This document shows positions 9,553 to 19,091 of a stretch of DNA of 64,000 nt, one piece after another (position 1 is the first letter of the stretch; every line of letters begins with the position of its first letter). The stretch lies in sequence record ON529858.1; one strand, 5' to 3'. Position numbers and translations under genes: made by a program. The notes below the pieces were generated by a model. That model made no database searches and was not told where the DNA came from. It saw only the letters and a program-made list of their open reading frames with translations.

Positions 9553-9983
9553 CCGAGCCGATCCTGGAGTTCCGGGGCAAGACCCGCTGGCTGTCCAACT
9601 TCCATCTCGTGACGGTGGTTCACGAGGGCATCACCTACCCCTCGACCGAGCACGCCTATCAGGCGGCGAAGACCCTGGACATGAGCGAGCGCCAGCGGAT
9701 CGCTGACCTGGAGAAGCCGGGCGACGCCATGCGCGTCGGTCGCGCCCTGAAGTCCCGAACGGACTGGCCGGACGTCAAGGTTCGGATCATGTATGAGGTC
9801 AACCGCGAGAAGTATCGGCCCGGCTCCGAACTGGCGGCGATGCTGCTGGCGACCGGCGACGCGCACCTGGAGGAAGGCAACCACCACGGCGACCGATTCT
9901 GGGGAACCGTCTACGGCAAAGGCCGCAACGAACTCGGCAAGGTGCTGATGCGGATCAGGGACGAACTGCGTGCCCTCCGCTAA
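9549..9983 (+). CDS. NADAR/YbiA-family protein
   Basis: WLSNF, YPSTEHAYQAAK, LEEGN...DRFWG, GRNELGKVLMRIR; start ATG 9549. Confidence 0.92.
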   Translation: MTEPILEFRGKTRWLSNFHLVTVVHEGITYPSTEHAYQAAKTLDMSERQRIADLEKPGDAMRVGRALKSRTDWPDVKVRIMYEVNREKYRPGSELAAMLLATGDAHLEEGNHHGDRFWGTVYGKGRNELGKVLMRIRDELRALR

Positions 9984-10008
9984 GCCTGCCGATCGGACCG
10001 GCACGGTC

Positions 10009-10374
10009 ATGCGGATCAGCCCGCCGCTGCGGCGCCTGGGCTTCAATCAGGCGATCAAGGTCACGCGCTATGGCGACGACAAGATCACCACCGCCGCCCT
10101 GGTCCAGGTGATGCTCTCTGGCAGTCTGGTCCTGAACAAGGGCAAGAAGGGGCTCTACTGGCTGGAGCACCCGAAGAAGGGGCGGATGCACGCGGCGCCG
10201 TTCGCTCACTACGGACGTGGCGTCTCGCGCCAGACGGTCGATCGGATCGTCGAGGCCGGCATGGCGGAGGTGCTGTCGTTCGATGAGGACTGGCGGCCTG
10301 TGGAGGTGCGCGCCCTGCCGCCGGACAACCCGCTCCCAGGTCCCGGCATCACGGTCATCGGCCACCGATATTGA
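10009..10374 (+). CDS. hypothetical protein
   Basis: ORF in operon; start uncertain. Confidence 0.55.
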   Translation: MRISPPLRRLGFNQAIKVTRYGDDKITTAALVQVMLSGSLVLNKGKKGLYWLEHPKKGRMHAAPFAHYGRGVSRQTVDRIVEAGMAEVLSFDEDWRPVEVRALPPDNPLPGPGITVIGHRY

Positions 10375-10447
10375 AGCGCGACAACGTCGTGAATCCTTGC
10401 TAGAACCTGTGCCGCTACACACCCACCCCCGCCACACTGGAGACCCC

Positions 10448-11221
10448 ATGGCCGACGAAAACTATGACCGCAAGATCGAGGACGCGCCCGTGTCCCTGTT
10501 CAAGGAGAAGGGCGCGCTGGAGGTCGACTATCAGCGCGGCCACGTCAGCCCGCCCGACGGCGGCCCCGACATCCCGCCCAGCCTGACGATCGCCCTGAAG
10601 GACGGCAAGGACTGGTTCGAGGTCAGCTTCGACAGCATGGACATGAGCCGCGTCGCCCGCGACCTGGGCGTGTCGCTCCTGAAGACCTTCGACCCCTCGC
10701 TCCTGGCCCTGCTGCCGATCGACGGCGAGGTGACCGAAGAGAAGCTGGAGATCGAGATCGACGACCTCCCGGCCCGCGCGACCAAGAAGGACATCGAACT
10801 GGTCATCTCCCAGATTTTGGACTTCGCCGGCGACGACGTGTTCGTCGAAGAGCGCCTGCTGGAAGCCCTGAAGAAGAAGCTGAAGACCACCGGCGCCCTG
10901 ATCAAGGCGGCCGTCAAGGGCGTGCGCGACAGCACGGCCCCGGCTGTCATCACCCAGATCGCCGCCGCTTCCGGTGGTCAGTCCCGCCGCCCCGCCCCGC
11001 CGGCCGAAGAATACGAGCCGGCGCCGACCCTGACCTATGACGAAGAGGCGCGTCAAAGCGAAGAGACCGCTCATCTCGACAGCCTCCGCCAAGAGGTCGA
11101 GGACGCCACCCGCACGGGGCGCGCCGGCGAGTTCGTCGAAGAGGACCGGCCGACCCTGCGCGACAGCCGTGAATACGACGACCGCGACCGCGCCTATGAC
11201 GCCGGGGACGATCGCCGCTGA
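10448..11221 (+). CDS. hypothetical acidic protein
   Basis: ATG 10448 after GGAG; promoter-like motif at 10384. Confidence 0.7.
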   Translation: MADENYDRKIEDAPVSLFKEKGALEVDYQRGHVSPPDGGPDIPPSLTIALKDGKDWFEVSFDSMDMSRVARDLGVSLLKTFDPSLLALLPIDGEVTEEKLEIEIDDLPARATKKDIELVISQILDFAGDDVFVEERLLEALKKKLKTTGALIKAAVKGVRDSTAPAVITQIAAASGGQSRRPAPPAEEYEPAPTLTYDEEARQSEETAHLDSLRQEVEDATRTGRAGEFVEEDRPTLRDSREYDDRDRAYDAGDDRR

Positions 11222-11484
11222 TGGCCGAGCCCGACCCCGGCCTGATGGCGAGCCGACATCTCGGAGACGGGATGTCGGACGCTGAACTGGTGAAGCAGAT
11301 GATGGTGCCGTCCGACAAGCAGCACGCCGACGCCATCCGAGACGCAGTCAAGGTCCTGAACGGGCGGGTGGTGGATGCGGCGAAGTCCGGCCTGGACATC
11401 GAGATCAATCAGGTCGAGATGCGAACGGTCGGTGGCGTCCCGCCGTGCCCGGTCCTGAACGTGACGATCGCCCGGCCGCTCTGA
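11221..11484 (+). CDS. hypothetical protein
   Basis: TGATG coupling. Confidence 0.65.
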   Translation: MAEPDPGLMASRHLGDGMSDAELVKQMMVPSDKQHADAIRDAVKVLNGRVVDAAKSGLDIEINQVEMRTVGGVPPCPVLNVTIARPL

Positions 11485-11732
11485 TGGGCTTCCATGACCG
11501 GCGATGGGGTGATAGCTGGATGGGCCTCGCGCCTGAAGATGTCGTCCATCGCTACGGCCTCCAGGAGATGTGCGACGAGGGCGTCAAGCTGCTGGCGGAC
11601 CCGAAGTATTCCTACACGGTGGTCGAGTTCCGGATCGGCCGAGAGGATGAGGCCGGGATCATCGAAGCCTACATGGCGAAGGTGCATCCCGGCGTGCCGT
11701 TTCAGATCGGTCGGTTGTTCTTGCAGCCCTGA
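11484..11732 (+). CDS. hypothetical protein
   Basis: TGATG coupling; last gene before terminator. Confidence 0.6.
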   Translation: MGFHDRRWGDSWMGLAPEDVVHRYGLQEMCDEGVKLLADPKYSYTVVEFRIGREDEAGIIEAYMAKVHPGVPFQIGRLFLQP

Positions 11733-11792
11733 GCGGGGCATGGTAAACAGTCCGTTCTTCCCCGGTGGGTTGAACGGTGTGGGCCGTGAGAG

Positions 11793-11828
11793 ACGGGGCC
11801 GTCGGCGAAAGTCGACGGCCCCGTTTTG
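11793..11828 (+). terminator. Rho-independent terminator
   Basis: ACGGGGCCGTCGGC-GAAA-GTCGACGGCCCCGT followed by T run. Confidence 0.8.
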
Positions 11829-11912
11829 CGTTGCATTGGAACCCCGGATCAACTAGACCGTTAGGACCTGGATGGCGGTGGTCGTGGTTGACCCAACGCC
11901 TGCGAACTGGTG

Positions 11913-11943
11913 GCCCCGGCGGAGTGATCCGCCGGGGCTTTCT
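11913..11943. terminator. hairpin terminator between convergent genes
   Basis: GCCCCGGCGGA-GTGA-TCCGCCGGGGC, then TTTCT. Confidence 0.6.
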
Positions 11944-11944
11944 G

Positions 11945-12469
11945 TTAGGCGGCGAGCCGGGCGTCTCTCGCCGTCTTCAGCCGGCCGGCCAGGACAGCCT
12001 TGGCTTCGTCCGTCAGCGGCGCCCGCTTGCGGGGCTCGGCGAAGCGGACCTTGCCCGCCTTGAAGCTGGCCTTCAGCACGTCGTGGGCCTCGCGCCCCAT
12101 CCCGAACCAGACGAGGTCCAGGTAGATCGCCGCATACTGCCAGCCGTGCCCAGCGACATCGAGCCCGTGCTTGCGCCGGGTCAGGGTGTGGGCGAGTTCA
12201 TGCAGGACGATGTGGTCGGTCCGGCTCCAGAGGGGCATCGTGATATAGCGCTCGTGTCCGCCGGCGTTGGATCGGCCGCGCCCGTCCTTGACCTTGATCG
12301 GCGTCCGGAGCCAGCGGCCGTAACGCTCCTGGATCGGCGCGCGGGCGATGACCTTGGCGATGAAGCGTTCGATGTCCGGCACGGTCTCCAGTCTCGCGGC
12401 TCTTGATCGAAGAACACCTTCGGCCTTATACAGCTTCGACCGCTGGCTATCGCGTTCTTTTATTGACAT
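11945..12469 (-). CDS. putative SprT-like zinc metallopeptidase
   Basis: VLHELAH...AGHGWQY (HExxH plus distal H); start MSIKERD at 12469. Confidence 0.7.
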   Translation of the reverse strand: MSIKERDSQRSKLYKAEGVLRSRAARLETVPDIERFIAKVIARAPIQERYGRWLRTPIKVKDGRGRSNAGGHERYITMPLWSRTDHIVLHELAHTLTRRKHGLDVAGHGWQYAAIYLDLVWFGMGREAHDVLKASFKAGKVRFAEPRKRAPLTDEAKAVLAGRLKTARDARLAA

Positions 12470-12679
12470 GGTGTGGGTCTCCATGAGTTGCGGACCTAAT
12501 CGGTCCGTGGGACCATTGTAGCACATCTGTCACTATATTGCAACACCCGTTATTTTGACCTGACAACGCGATTTGGTTGTGCCGGCGCTTTACACCCCAA
12601 AAGGGTTGTGAGATGACGGGGCCTTCGGCGGCTACGGCTGTCATTCACACCGGCGGCTACGGCTGTCAGAAAGAGACCC

Positions 12680-13768
12680 ATGACTGCTCGCATGACCGAG
12701 CGCGATTTCATCGCGACCGCTGCCCGCTATGGCAAGAACTCCGTCCGCATCAACGCACACACCGTCTACAGCGTCGGCCACAAATACGACACGCCCACGA
12801 TCGCCGGCTACGGCCCCCAGACGGGCGTCCGCGAGATCGCCCGCAACCTGACCCTCGACGAAGCCATGGAGATCGCCGAGACCTTCGGCCAGTCCATGAA
12901 GGAGTGCGAGGTCGCCGGCTTCACCCTCGACGTCCAGAAGTATGAGGTGGACGCGCCGGGCGGCGAGCGGCTTCAGCCCCTTCTCCAGGCTCTCCAGGGC
13001 CTGCCCTACGGCGCCCAGGTCAGCTTCAAGATGGAGGCCGGCGGCGCGCGCGTGATCCAGACGTGGCTCACCCCCAAGACGATCCAGGTGCGCGAAGAGG
13101 CGGCCAAGGCGGACCCTTCGGTCCGCGACCTGGAGGCCGCCAAGGCGCGTGTCGCCAGCCACATCACCACCGAGACGACGCACGCCTCGATCCTCGACAT
13201 CATGGCGAAAGAGTTCGGCGATTGGCATTGGCCGACGCAGGACTATCTCGTCGGCGTCTGCGAGGCCATGGAGCGGGCCTGGGGCAAGGACCGCCGCGAG
13301 ATGGAGCGCCTGCTGGACAACTACCGGGAGAGGCGCCGGCAGACCCTCATCGGAAACCTCACCGAGGACGCCGACCTGCCTGACATCATCCGCGTCTGCG
13401 ACCGCCTGCTGGATATGCGGCCGTCGTCCAGCTACATCCGCAAGCACATCCACGCCATCGCCGATCGGACCGGGCGCGCGCCCGAGACGATCGAGAAGTG
13501 CTTCGCAGCCCTCACGTCGGCGGCGGACGCCAAGGCTCAGGCCGTCAACGAGCACGACGCCGCCCAGAAGGGCATCGAGATCGTCTCCAGGCTCAACACC
13601 GCGACGCCCTTGGAGACGGTGCGTGCCGAGGTCATGGTCATGGGGACGATCGCCCACATCAGCCGCGCGACCCTCAACACCCTGGTCGGCATCCTGGCGA
13701 CGACCACGACCTGCCACCTGTCGGAACTGTCGGCCTGGGCCTTCAGCGACAAGCGGTGGTCCGCCTGA
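12680..13768 (+). CDS. hypothetical protein
   Basis: 362-aa ORF with strong phage codon bias. Confidence 0.75.
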   Translation: MTARMTERDFIATAARYGKNSVRINAHTVYSVGHKYDTPTIAGYGPQTGVREIARNLTLDEAMEIAETFGQSMKECEVAGFTLDVQKYEVDAPGGERLQPLLQALQGLPYGAQVSFKMEAGGARVIQTWLTPKTIQVREEAAKADPSVRDLEAAKARVASHITTETTHASILDIMAKEFGDWHWPTQDYLVGVCEAMERAWGKDRREMERLLDNYRERRRQTLIGNLTEDADLPDIIRVCDRLLDMRPSSSYIRKHIHAIADRTGRAPETIEKCFAALTSAADAKAQAVNEHDAAQKGIEIVSRLNTATPLETVRAEVMVMGTIAHISRATLNTLVGILATTTTCHLSELSAWAFSDKRWSA

Positions 13769-13986
13769 TGGGCGAGGCGAAGAAGAGGCTCACGGCCGCC
13801 GAGGCGCTGGCGTCGATCAAATGGACCCACGGGCTGGTCATCACCGGAGGCTTCCCTGCAACACGGGAAGTCTTTCGGCGGCGGGCGGCTGGGCTCCCGG
13901 AAGACGAGGCCTTGACAGAAACGGCGTTAGCTGAGATCGACGAACGCATCGCCAGCATCGGCGAGACACAGGAGGGGAATCCGTGA
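13768..13986 (+). CDS. hypothetical protein
   Basis: TGATG coupling; MGEAKKRL start. Confidence 0.55.
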   Translation: MGEAKKRLTAAEALASIKWTHGLVITGGFPATREVFRRRAAGLPEDEALTETALAEIDERIASIGETQEGNP

Positions 13987-14198
13987 CGACCATCGAGACC
14001 GTGCTGCGCACCCTGGCCCCGCGCCCGAGCGCCCATGCCATCACCACCGCCGTCGGCCGCTGCCGCGCCGAGGGCGCATCGTTCGAAGAGGTCAAGACCG
14101 CCTTCCGCCGGCAACTGACCCACAAGAAGCGCTCGACCGTCGACGACATGGTGAACCAGGGCTGGCGCGACGCCGAGCCCGAGGCCGCCGCAGCATGA
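13983..14198 (+). CDS. hypothetical protein
   Basis: GGAGG RBS, GTGA overlap. Confidence 0.6.
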   Translation: MTTIETVLRTLAPRPSAHAITTAVGRCRAEGASFEEVKTAFRRQLTHKKRSTVDDMVNQGWRDAEPEAAAA

Positions 14199-14437
14199 CG
14201 ACGAACACCGAACTCGGGCGCCTGCCGCTGGCCGACGCCGAACTGGAATCCTACTGCGTCGCCATGGCGGCGCTGCCCGACGCGAACACCGGCTCCATGG
14301 CCGTCGCTACGGCTCACGGTGTGAGCGCGCGGGAGGTCATGTCGCGCGCCCACGATCCCGAGATCAGCAGCCGCATCGACTTCCTGCGCAGCGTCAATAC
14401 CGAGCGCTGGGCTGACGTGGTCGAAGAGACCGCCTGA
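14195..14437 (+). CDS. hypothetical protein
   Basis: ATGA overlap. Confidence 0.6.
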   Translation: MTTNTELGRLPLADAELESYCVAMAALPDANTGSMAVATAHGVSAREVMSRAHDPEISSRIDFLRSVNTERWADVVEETA

Positions 14438-14533
14438 GCCGCCCGCAGGGCAACGCCCCCTCACAGACTCATTTTCTACGTTGACGCTCGCGACGTAGGC
14501 TGTATGGTAAACTTCTCTTAAGAAGGACATCCC

Positions 14534-15745
14534 ATGCCGCGCTACCCCATGGTCGAGAAATACGTCAACGGACGTCTGGTCACGCAACGCCAGTGGCGTA
14601 AGGCGGTGGTCGACGCCATCGACGCCGGCCCGCCCGAGGGCTCGACCATCACCATGATCGGCGAGCGCCTGGGGCCGGCATGGGTCGAGCCCGTCAACGT
14701 CCCGATCCTGTCGCACACCCTCCAGAACTTCAAGCGCAAGGGCATCGTCGAATGCCCGTCGCGCGGCGTCTACCGGGTCGTCGTCAACGCGGTCGACGTC
14801 TTCACCGACCACGAGAACGCGATCCTCGACAGCATCCGCAAGCGGGGCGGCGTCTGCCGCTGGCGCGACATCGCCGACGACTTCGGGGTCCGCAACAAGG
14901 ACGTGCCGCTGACGATCGAGCAGCAGGCGAACGAAAGCGACGCGGCCTGGAGGCTCCGCTTCGACGCCCACGAGCCCATCAACTTCGGCATCCGCTCCAT
15001 GCTGGTCGCCACCATCGCCGAGAGCGATCGCATCCGCCAGGACTTCGGCGTCCCCGGCCTCTACAACCTGCCCTACGAGGAACTGCACGCGCTCCCCATG
15101 CTGGGCTCCTGGGCGATCTACATGCACCGGCGCGCCGTGATGCTCCTGACGCCCCAGGGCGAGCGCTGGGATGAGGAACTGGTCGGGCAGATGACCAACG
15201 CCCACTACAAGCGGGTCGGCGCCGCCTTCCGCGCCGTGCGCGACCTGAAATACCTCGACCTGGAGACCCTGGTCGACGACAAGGTCTTCATCGGCATCCT
15301 GCGCCAGATGGCCGACAAGTCCGACGTCGCCGTCAACGACATCCTGCGCGAGCAGAAGGCCCGCATCCTGTCGCGCCACGGCATCGCCTTCGACAGCGGC
15401 ATCATCCCGCCCGAGGTCACCGAAGAACTGGACGACGCCCGCGAAGCGGCCATGAACTGGAAGTCCCTGACGATCCCCGCCGGGCTCCTGGGCGCCTTCG
15501 AAGACGGAAGCCCCGCCGTCCACCGCGTCGCGCCGGCCGACTTCTACACCGAGTTCTGCCAATCGTTCGTCGACGGCCCCGACCCGGTCCTCCTGTCGCG
15601 CGGCATCCTCGCACCCGGCGAGCCCGAGCACCGCATCCGCCCGGACCCCAACACCATGTCCGAGGAACAGAAGAAGATGCTGGCGGCCGACGGTGGCTCC
15701 CAGGTCTACATTCCCGCCGAGTGGGGCGAAGGCGCCGACGGGTAA
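14534..15745 (+). CDS. hypothetical protein, possible winged-helix DNA-binding N-terminus
   Basis: AAGGA RBS, own TTGACG promoter (14479); ILSHTLQNFKRKGIVECPSRGVYRV resembles a wHTH wing. Confidence 0.7.
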   Translation: MPRYPMVEKYVNGRLVTQRQWRKAVVDAIDAGPPEGSTITMIGERLGPAWVEPVNVPILSHTLQNFKRKGIVECPSRGVYRVVVNAVDVFTDHENAILDSIRKRGGVCRWRDIADDFGVRNKDVPLTIEQQANESDAAWRLRFDAHEPINFGIRSMLVATIAESDRIRQDFGVPGLYNLPYEELHALPMLGSWAIYMHRRAVMLLTPQGERWDEELVGQMTNAHYKRVGAAFRAVRDLKYLDLETLVDDKVFIGILRQMADKSDVAVNDILREQKARILSRHGIAFDSGIIPPEVTEELDDAREAAMNWKSLTIPAGLLGAFEDGSPAVHRVAPADFYTEFCQSFVDGPDPVLLSRGILAPGEPEHRIRPDPNTMSEEQKKMLAADGGSQVYIPAEWGEGADG

Positions 15746-15809
15746 GAACGTCGGCGCCCTTGATCAAGGCCCTCCCGCGAAGCGGCCGAAAGGGGTGTGG
15801 GTCCTCTAA

Positions 15810-16110
15810 TGACTCACAATCCTGTAGCTAGATGGGTGACAGGATGGGGTGGTGGGAGGCCTCCCCTGGCTGGCTCAGCCACCCCTCCAAAGGGACTCAT
15901 AGACACCAAGCCCATACAGGATTGATAGTCAGAACCCTATGAGGGTGCCTCTGCTCCCCCTCTCATTCTTACCAATAGATACCAAAACCATACAGGATTT
16001 AATGTTGAAACAACCCCTTTTAACATAAAATCCTATATAGACTTGGTATCTTTCCTGTATTCTGGGGGTAGGGAGAAGTGTGAATCGACTGTGAATCGAA
16101 GGCTTCTCTT
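15810..16110. repeat. AT-rich patch with six (T)ACAGGAT-type boxes in both orientations (origin candidate)
   Basis: CCATACAGGATT at 15912 and 15988; GACAGGAT 15838; inverted AATCCTGTA 15818, AATCCTATA 16029, TTTCCTGTAT 16051. Confidence 0.6.
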
Positions 16111-16428
16111 CTCTGGGGTCCGCCTCATTTTTCTCGGCTGGATCATCCAAATCGAGCCGTCCCGGTGTGACATCGGTATCGGTTGTCCGCATCAACCACC
16201 CAGGTCGTCGGCCGCGAAGGAGCGAAGCGACTGAGCCTGTCTCGTCGGGCCGAGCGAAGCGAGGCGGTCTGTCCTGGTCGTCGGCCGCGAAGAGGCGGAA
16301 CGCCTCTGAGCGAGGTCATCGGCTCCTGGCCCATATTTGGGTCACACGGTGGTTGTGGCCCTGTTTTGGGTCAGTCGATGTCCGGTTATGTCCGGATCGG
16401 TGGTGCCGGGCTCCGCCGGCGCTCGACC

Positions 16429-16495
16429 TAACTGTCCATATATGGACACTTAGCGCTTCCTGGAGCCGTAACTGTCCATATATGGACACTTAGCG
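16429..16495. repeat. two identical 27-bp palindromic boxes, 40-bp period
   Basis: TAACTGTCCATATATGGACACTTAGCG at 16429 and 16469; core TGTCCATATATGGACA is a perfect palindrome. Confidence 0.9.
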
Positions 16496-16657
16496 GTGGT
16501 GCTGGCGCTGGCCGGCGATGTCCGAGTGATGTCCGGTTTCCGCAACCGCATGAGGTTGCGATCGCGAAAGCAACCGGATTTCGTTGTTTCGGCCGAAACA
16601 ACGGGGTCGGCTACTTTTCTGCTTGACGGTGGTCTCGTCGATCGCTATGTCAGGGCG

Positions 16658-16686
16658 GACGACGTCATACGTCGCGAATCTTGACA
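16658..16686 (+). promoter_or_regulatory. conserved (late-type) promoter motif ACGTCGYGAATCTTGAC
   Basis: Same motif recurs at 40739, 51691, 52291, 55989, 56642, 62442; ends in a TTGAC -35 box. Confidence 0.7.
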
Positions 16687-16751
16687 TTTCGCGCTCGACG
16701 TGTCAGGGGTGGTTAACGAGATGACCGGTGGTCGGGTCTCGGGAGTAACCA

Positions 16752-17471
16752 ATGCCCCGCTACGTTCTGCGCCCGGTCGCCGCTAACGACCCCCGTCCCA
16801 CGGTCACCCATCCCGCCGTCGCCAATCTGGCGATCGACGGCCACATGCCCGCCCTGGTCGAGTGGACCAAGACGCGCCTGCCGGTCGACGAAGACATGAT
16901 CCGCTTCGCCGTCGGCATGGCGCTCAAGGCCGGTGGTCTCGACGGCTTCCGCATCGCCTCGCACCTGCGCGACGTCTTCTCCTGGCCGGCGAATGACGAA
17001 CTGACCGCGATCCTCAAGCAGGTCACCGGCGCCCTGAACACCGCCTGCGACGTGATCGCCGGCCAATGGGTCCTGCGCACCGGCATCCGCTTCCCTGGCA
17101 AGGTCGGCGACACGGTCGAGTTCGTCGCCGTCGACGGCTCCATCCAGGTCGGCGTCGTCACCGACATGCTCAAGCTGCGCGCCATGGGCTACGTCACCCT
17201 CGGTGGTGAAGAGAACTATCTGGTCCCGGCCGAGGCGGTGGTCGGCAACGTCACCACCTCCACCTATGCGACCCAGCGCCCGATCCTGGGGATGCGCTAC
17301 GAGGACGCGCCGGCGCTGGCCGCCGCCTACGAAGCCGAGCGCGCCGCGATCCGCCGCGCCCATCAGCCGCTGACCGTCGAAGAGCAAGAGGTCGCCGACA
17401 TGATGCGCGACGAGAACGTCTACATCGAAATCGAGGGCGACCCCGACTTCCCCGGACCGAGCGCCGCCTGA
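16752..17471 (+). CDS. hypothetical protein
   Basis: GGGAG RBS; first gene of packaging operon. Confidence 0.7.
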   Translation: MPRYVLRPVAANDPRPTVTHPAVANLAIDGHMPALVEWTKTRLPVDEDMIRFAVGMALKAGGLDGFRIASHLRDVFSWPANDELTAILKQVTGALNTACDVIAGQWVLRTGIRFPGKVGDTVEFVAVDGSIQVGVVTDMLKLRAMGYVTLGGEENYLVPAEAVVGNVTTSTYATQRPILGMRYEDAPALAAAYEAERAAIRRAHQPLTVEEQEVADMMRDENVYIEIEGDPDFPGPSAA

Positions 17472-17929
17472 TGACCAAGCCCAGCACCCCCGCCCTGGCG
17501 GCCTTCAACGACCTGGACCCGATCGCCAAGGCCGACGCCGCCCACGTCAACCTGTTCGCATGGCGTCTGTCGGCCGGTCCGCTGATGATGAGCGACCTGG
17601 AACTGGCGTGCCTGGACCTCGCCCTGGCGACCCTGCGCCAGAAGCACACCCGCATGATGGAAGAGGCGCACCCGATCTCGGCCGCCGATGTCCCCAACGA
17701 TTTCGAGAAGGTCGAGGCCGCCGATGAGGACGGCTGGAGCGAGTGGGTCCGCCCGGTCCCCAAGAGTTACCTGATGAAGTGCTGCGACTGCGGTCTGGTC
17801 CATGAGATGGACTTCGGCGTCTTCCGCCAGACCTCGCCGGCCGACGCCCAGGGCAACTACAGCGCCGAGACGATCGACGATCCCAACGTCCGCGCCATGC
17901 TGCGCGCCCGCCGGGTGGATGAAGCGTGA
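17471..17929 (+). CDS. hypothetical protein (CCDCG motif)
   Basis: TGATG coupling; WSEWVRP...MKCCDCGLVH. Confidence 0.65.
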   Translation: MTKPSTPALAAFNDLDPIAKADAAHVNLFAWRLSAGPLMMSDLELACLDLALATLRQKHTRMMEEAHPISAADVPNDFEKVEAADEDGWSEWVRPVPKSYLMKCCDCGLVHEMDFGVFRQTSPADAQGNYSAETIDDPNVRAMLRARRVDEA

Positions 17930-18438
17930 TCATTCTCGGTTGTGACCCCGGCGCCAAGGGCGCCTTCGCCCTCATCGACACCGAAGCCTGCACGATCGCC
18001 ATCTGCGACATGCCCCAGGAACCCGGCGTCAAGAACCGCACCGCCGTTTCGGCCGGTGGTGTCTCCGACCTGATCCGGGCCGCCGGCGCCGATCACCTGT
18101 TCGTCGAACTGGTCCACTCGTCGCCCCAGATGGGCGTCGCCTCCGCCTTCTCGTTTGGGCGTTCGCTCGGCATCGTCCACGGCGCCGCCTACCGCGACGG
18201 CCGCACCACCCTGACCGAGGTCCGCCCCCAGGAATGGAAGGGCAAGACCATGACCCCCAAGGACAAGAACGAAGCGCGCCGCCGGGCGATGCAACTGTTC
18301 CCGTCCGCCCGATCCATGTTCGAGCGGGTCAAGGATGACGGCCGCGCCGAAGCGGCGATCCTGGCCTTCTACGGCTGTCTGTTCCTCAAGACGGTGCCGG
18401 CGACGGCGCTGAAGCTGATCGAGTTCCCTCATGCGTAA
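17926..18438 (+). CDS. RuvC-like Holliday junction resolvase
   Basis: IILGCDPG, FVE, AFSFG, PQEWK, DDGRAEAAIL motifs. Confidence 0.85.
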   Translation: MIILGCDPGAKGAFALIDTEACTIAICDMPQEPGVKNRTAVSAGGVSDLIRAAGADHLFVELVHSSPQMGVASAFSFGRSLGIVHGAAYRDGRTTLTEVRPQEWKGKTMTPKDKNEARRRAMQLFPSARSMFERVKDDGRAEAAILAFYGCLFLKTVPATALKLIEFPHA

Positions 18439-18808
18439 CCGTCGAACCGTCCCCCTCAAGGATGTCCTGGCGATGAAGAAGCGTCAGTCCCTGCGCCCGC
18501 GCGCCGGCTTCGTCCACGGCGAAGAAGGCCTGTTCGTCGCGCCCGACTGCGTCATCGAAACGCCCCGCCCCAACCGGATCGAGGGCATCGGCATCCTGGA
18601 TCACCGGGGCCACCGCCTGTTCCGCGTCACCATCCCGATCAAGCAGCAGATGGGCTTCTACACCGGCGGCAACGCCTGGACCGGCGTCGGCGACGAGGTC
18701 TCCACCATCCTGCCCGAGGACATGATCGACGTCTCGACCGACGGCTCCGGCATCGACGGCTACGACGTCGACATCGACGACGAAGAAGAGGACGGCGAGT
18801 ATGAGTGA
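18431..18808 (+). CDS. hypothetical protein
   Basis: Overlapping operon gene. Confidence 0.65.
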   Translation: MRNRRTVPLKDVLAMKKRQSLRPRAGFVHGEEGLFVAPDCVIETPRPNRIEGIGILDHRGHRLFRVTIPIKQQMGFYTGGNAWTGVGDEVSTILPEDMIDVSTDGSGIDGYDVDIDDEEEDGEYE

Positions 18809-19088
18809 GCCGATCCGCCAACCGACGCCCGCCTACCGGGCCGCCCAACACGTCAAGTCCCGCGAGGCCGTGACCGCCAATGCGATCGCCGCCTGGGAGA
18901 CCGCCAACAAGCGGTTCGCCTCCCTCTGTCTCAAGACCGTCTCCCCGGCGATCCGTGAGCAGTATCGTTTCCAGGCCGTGGTCGCTTACGAGGCCATGCT
19001 GGATGCGATCTCCACCGAACGCGATGCGCTGAACGCCCTGCACGCCGTCGCAAATCAGAAGCCCCCGCGTCGCCGGGGAACCGCATAA
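18801..19088 (+). CDS. hypothetical protein
   Basis: Overlapping operon gene. Confidence 0.65.
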   Translation: MSEPIRQPTPAYRAAQHVKSREAVTANAIAAWETANKRFASLCLKTVSPAIREQYRFQAVVAYEAMLDAISTERDALNALHAVANQKPPRRRGTA

Positions 19089-19091
19089 CCT

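Noticed and set aside
15929-16687. Short ORFs in the 15.9-16.7 kb gap
   Set aside because: No RBS, atypical codons, and they overlap repeats and palindromes; treated as non-coding.
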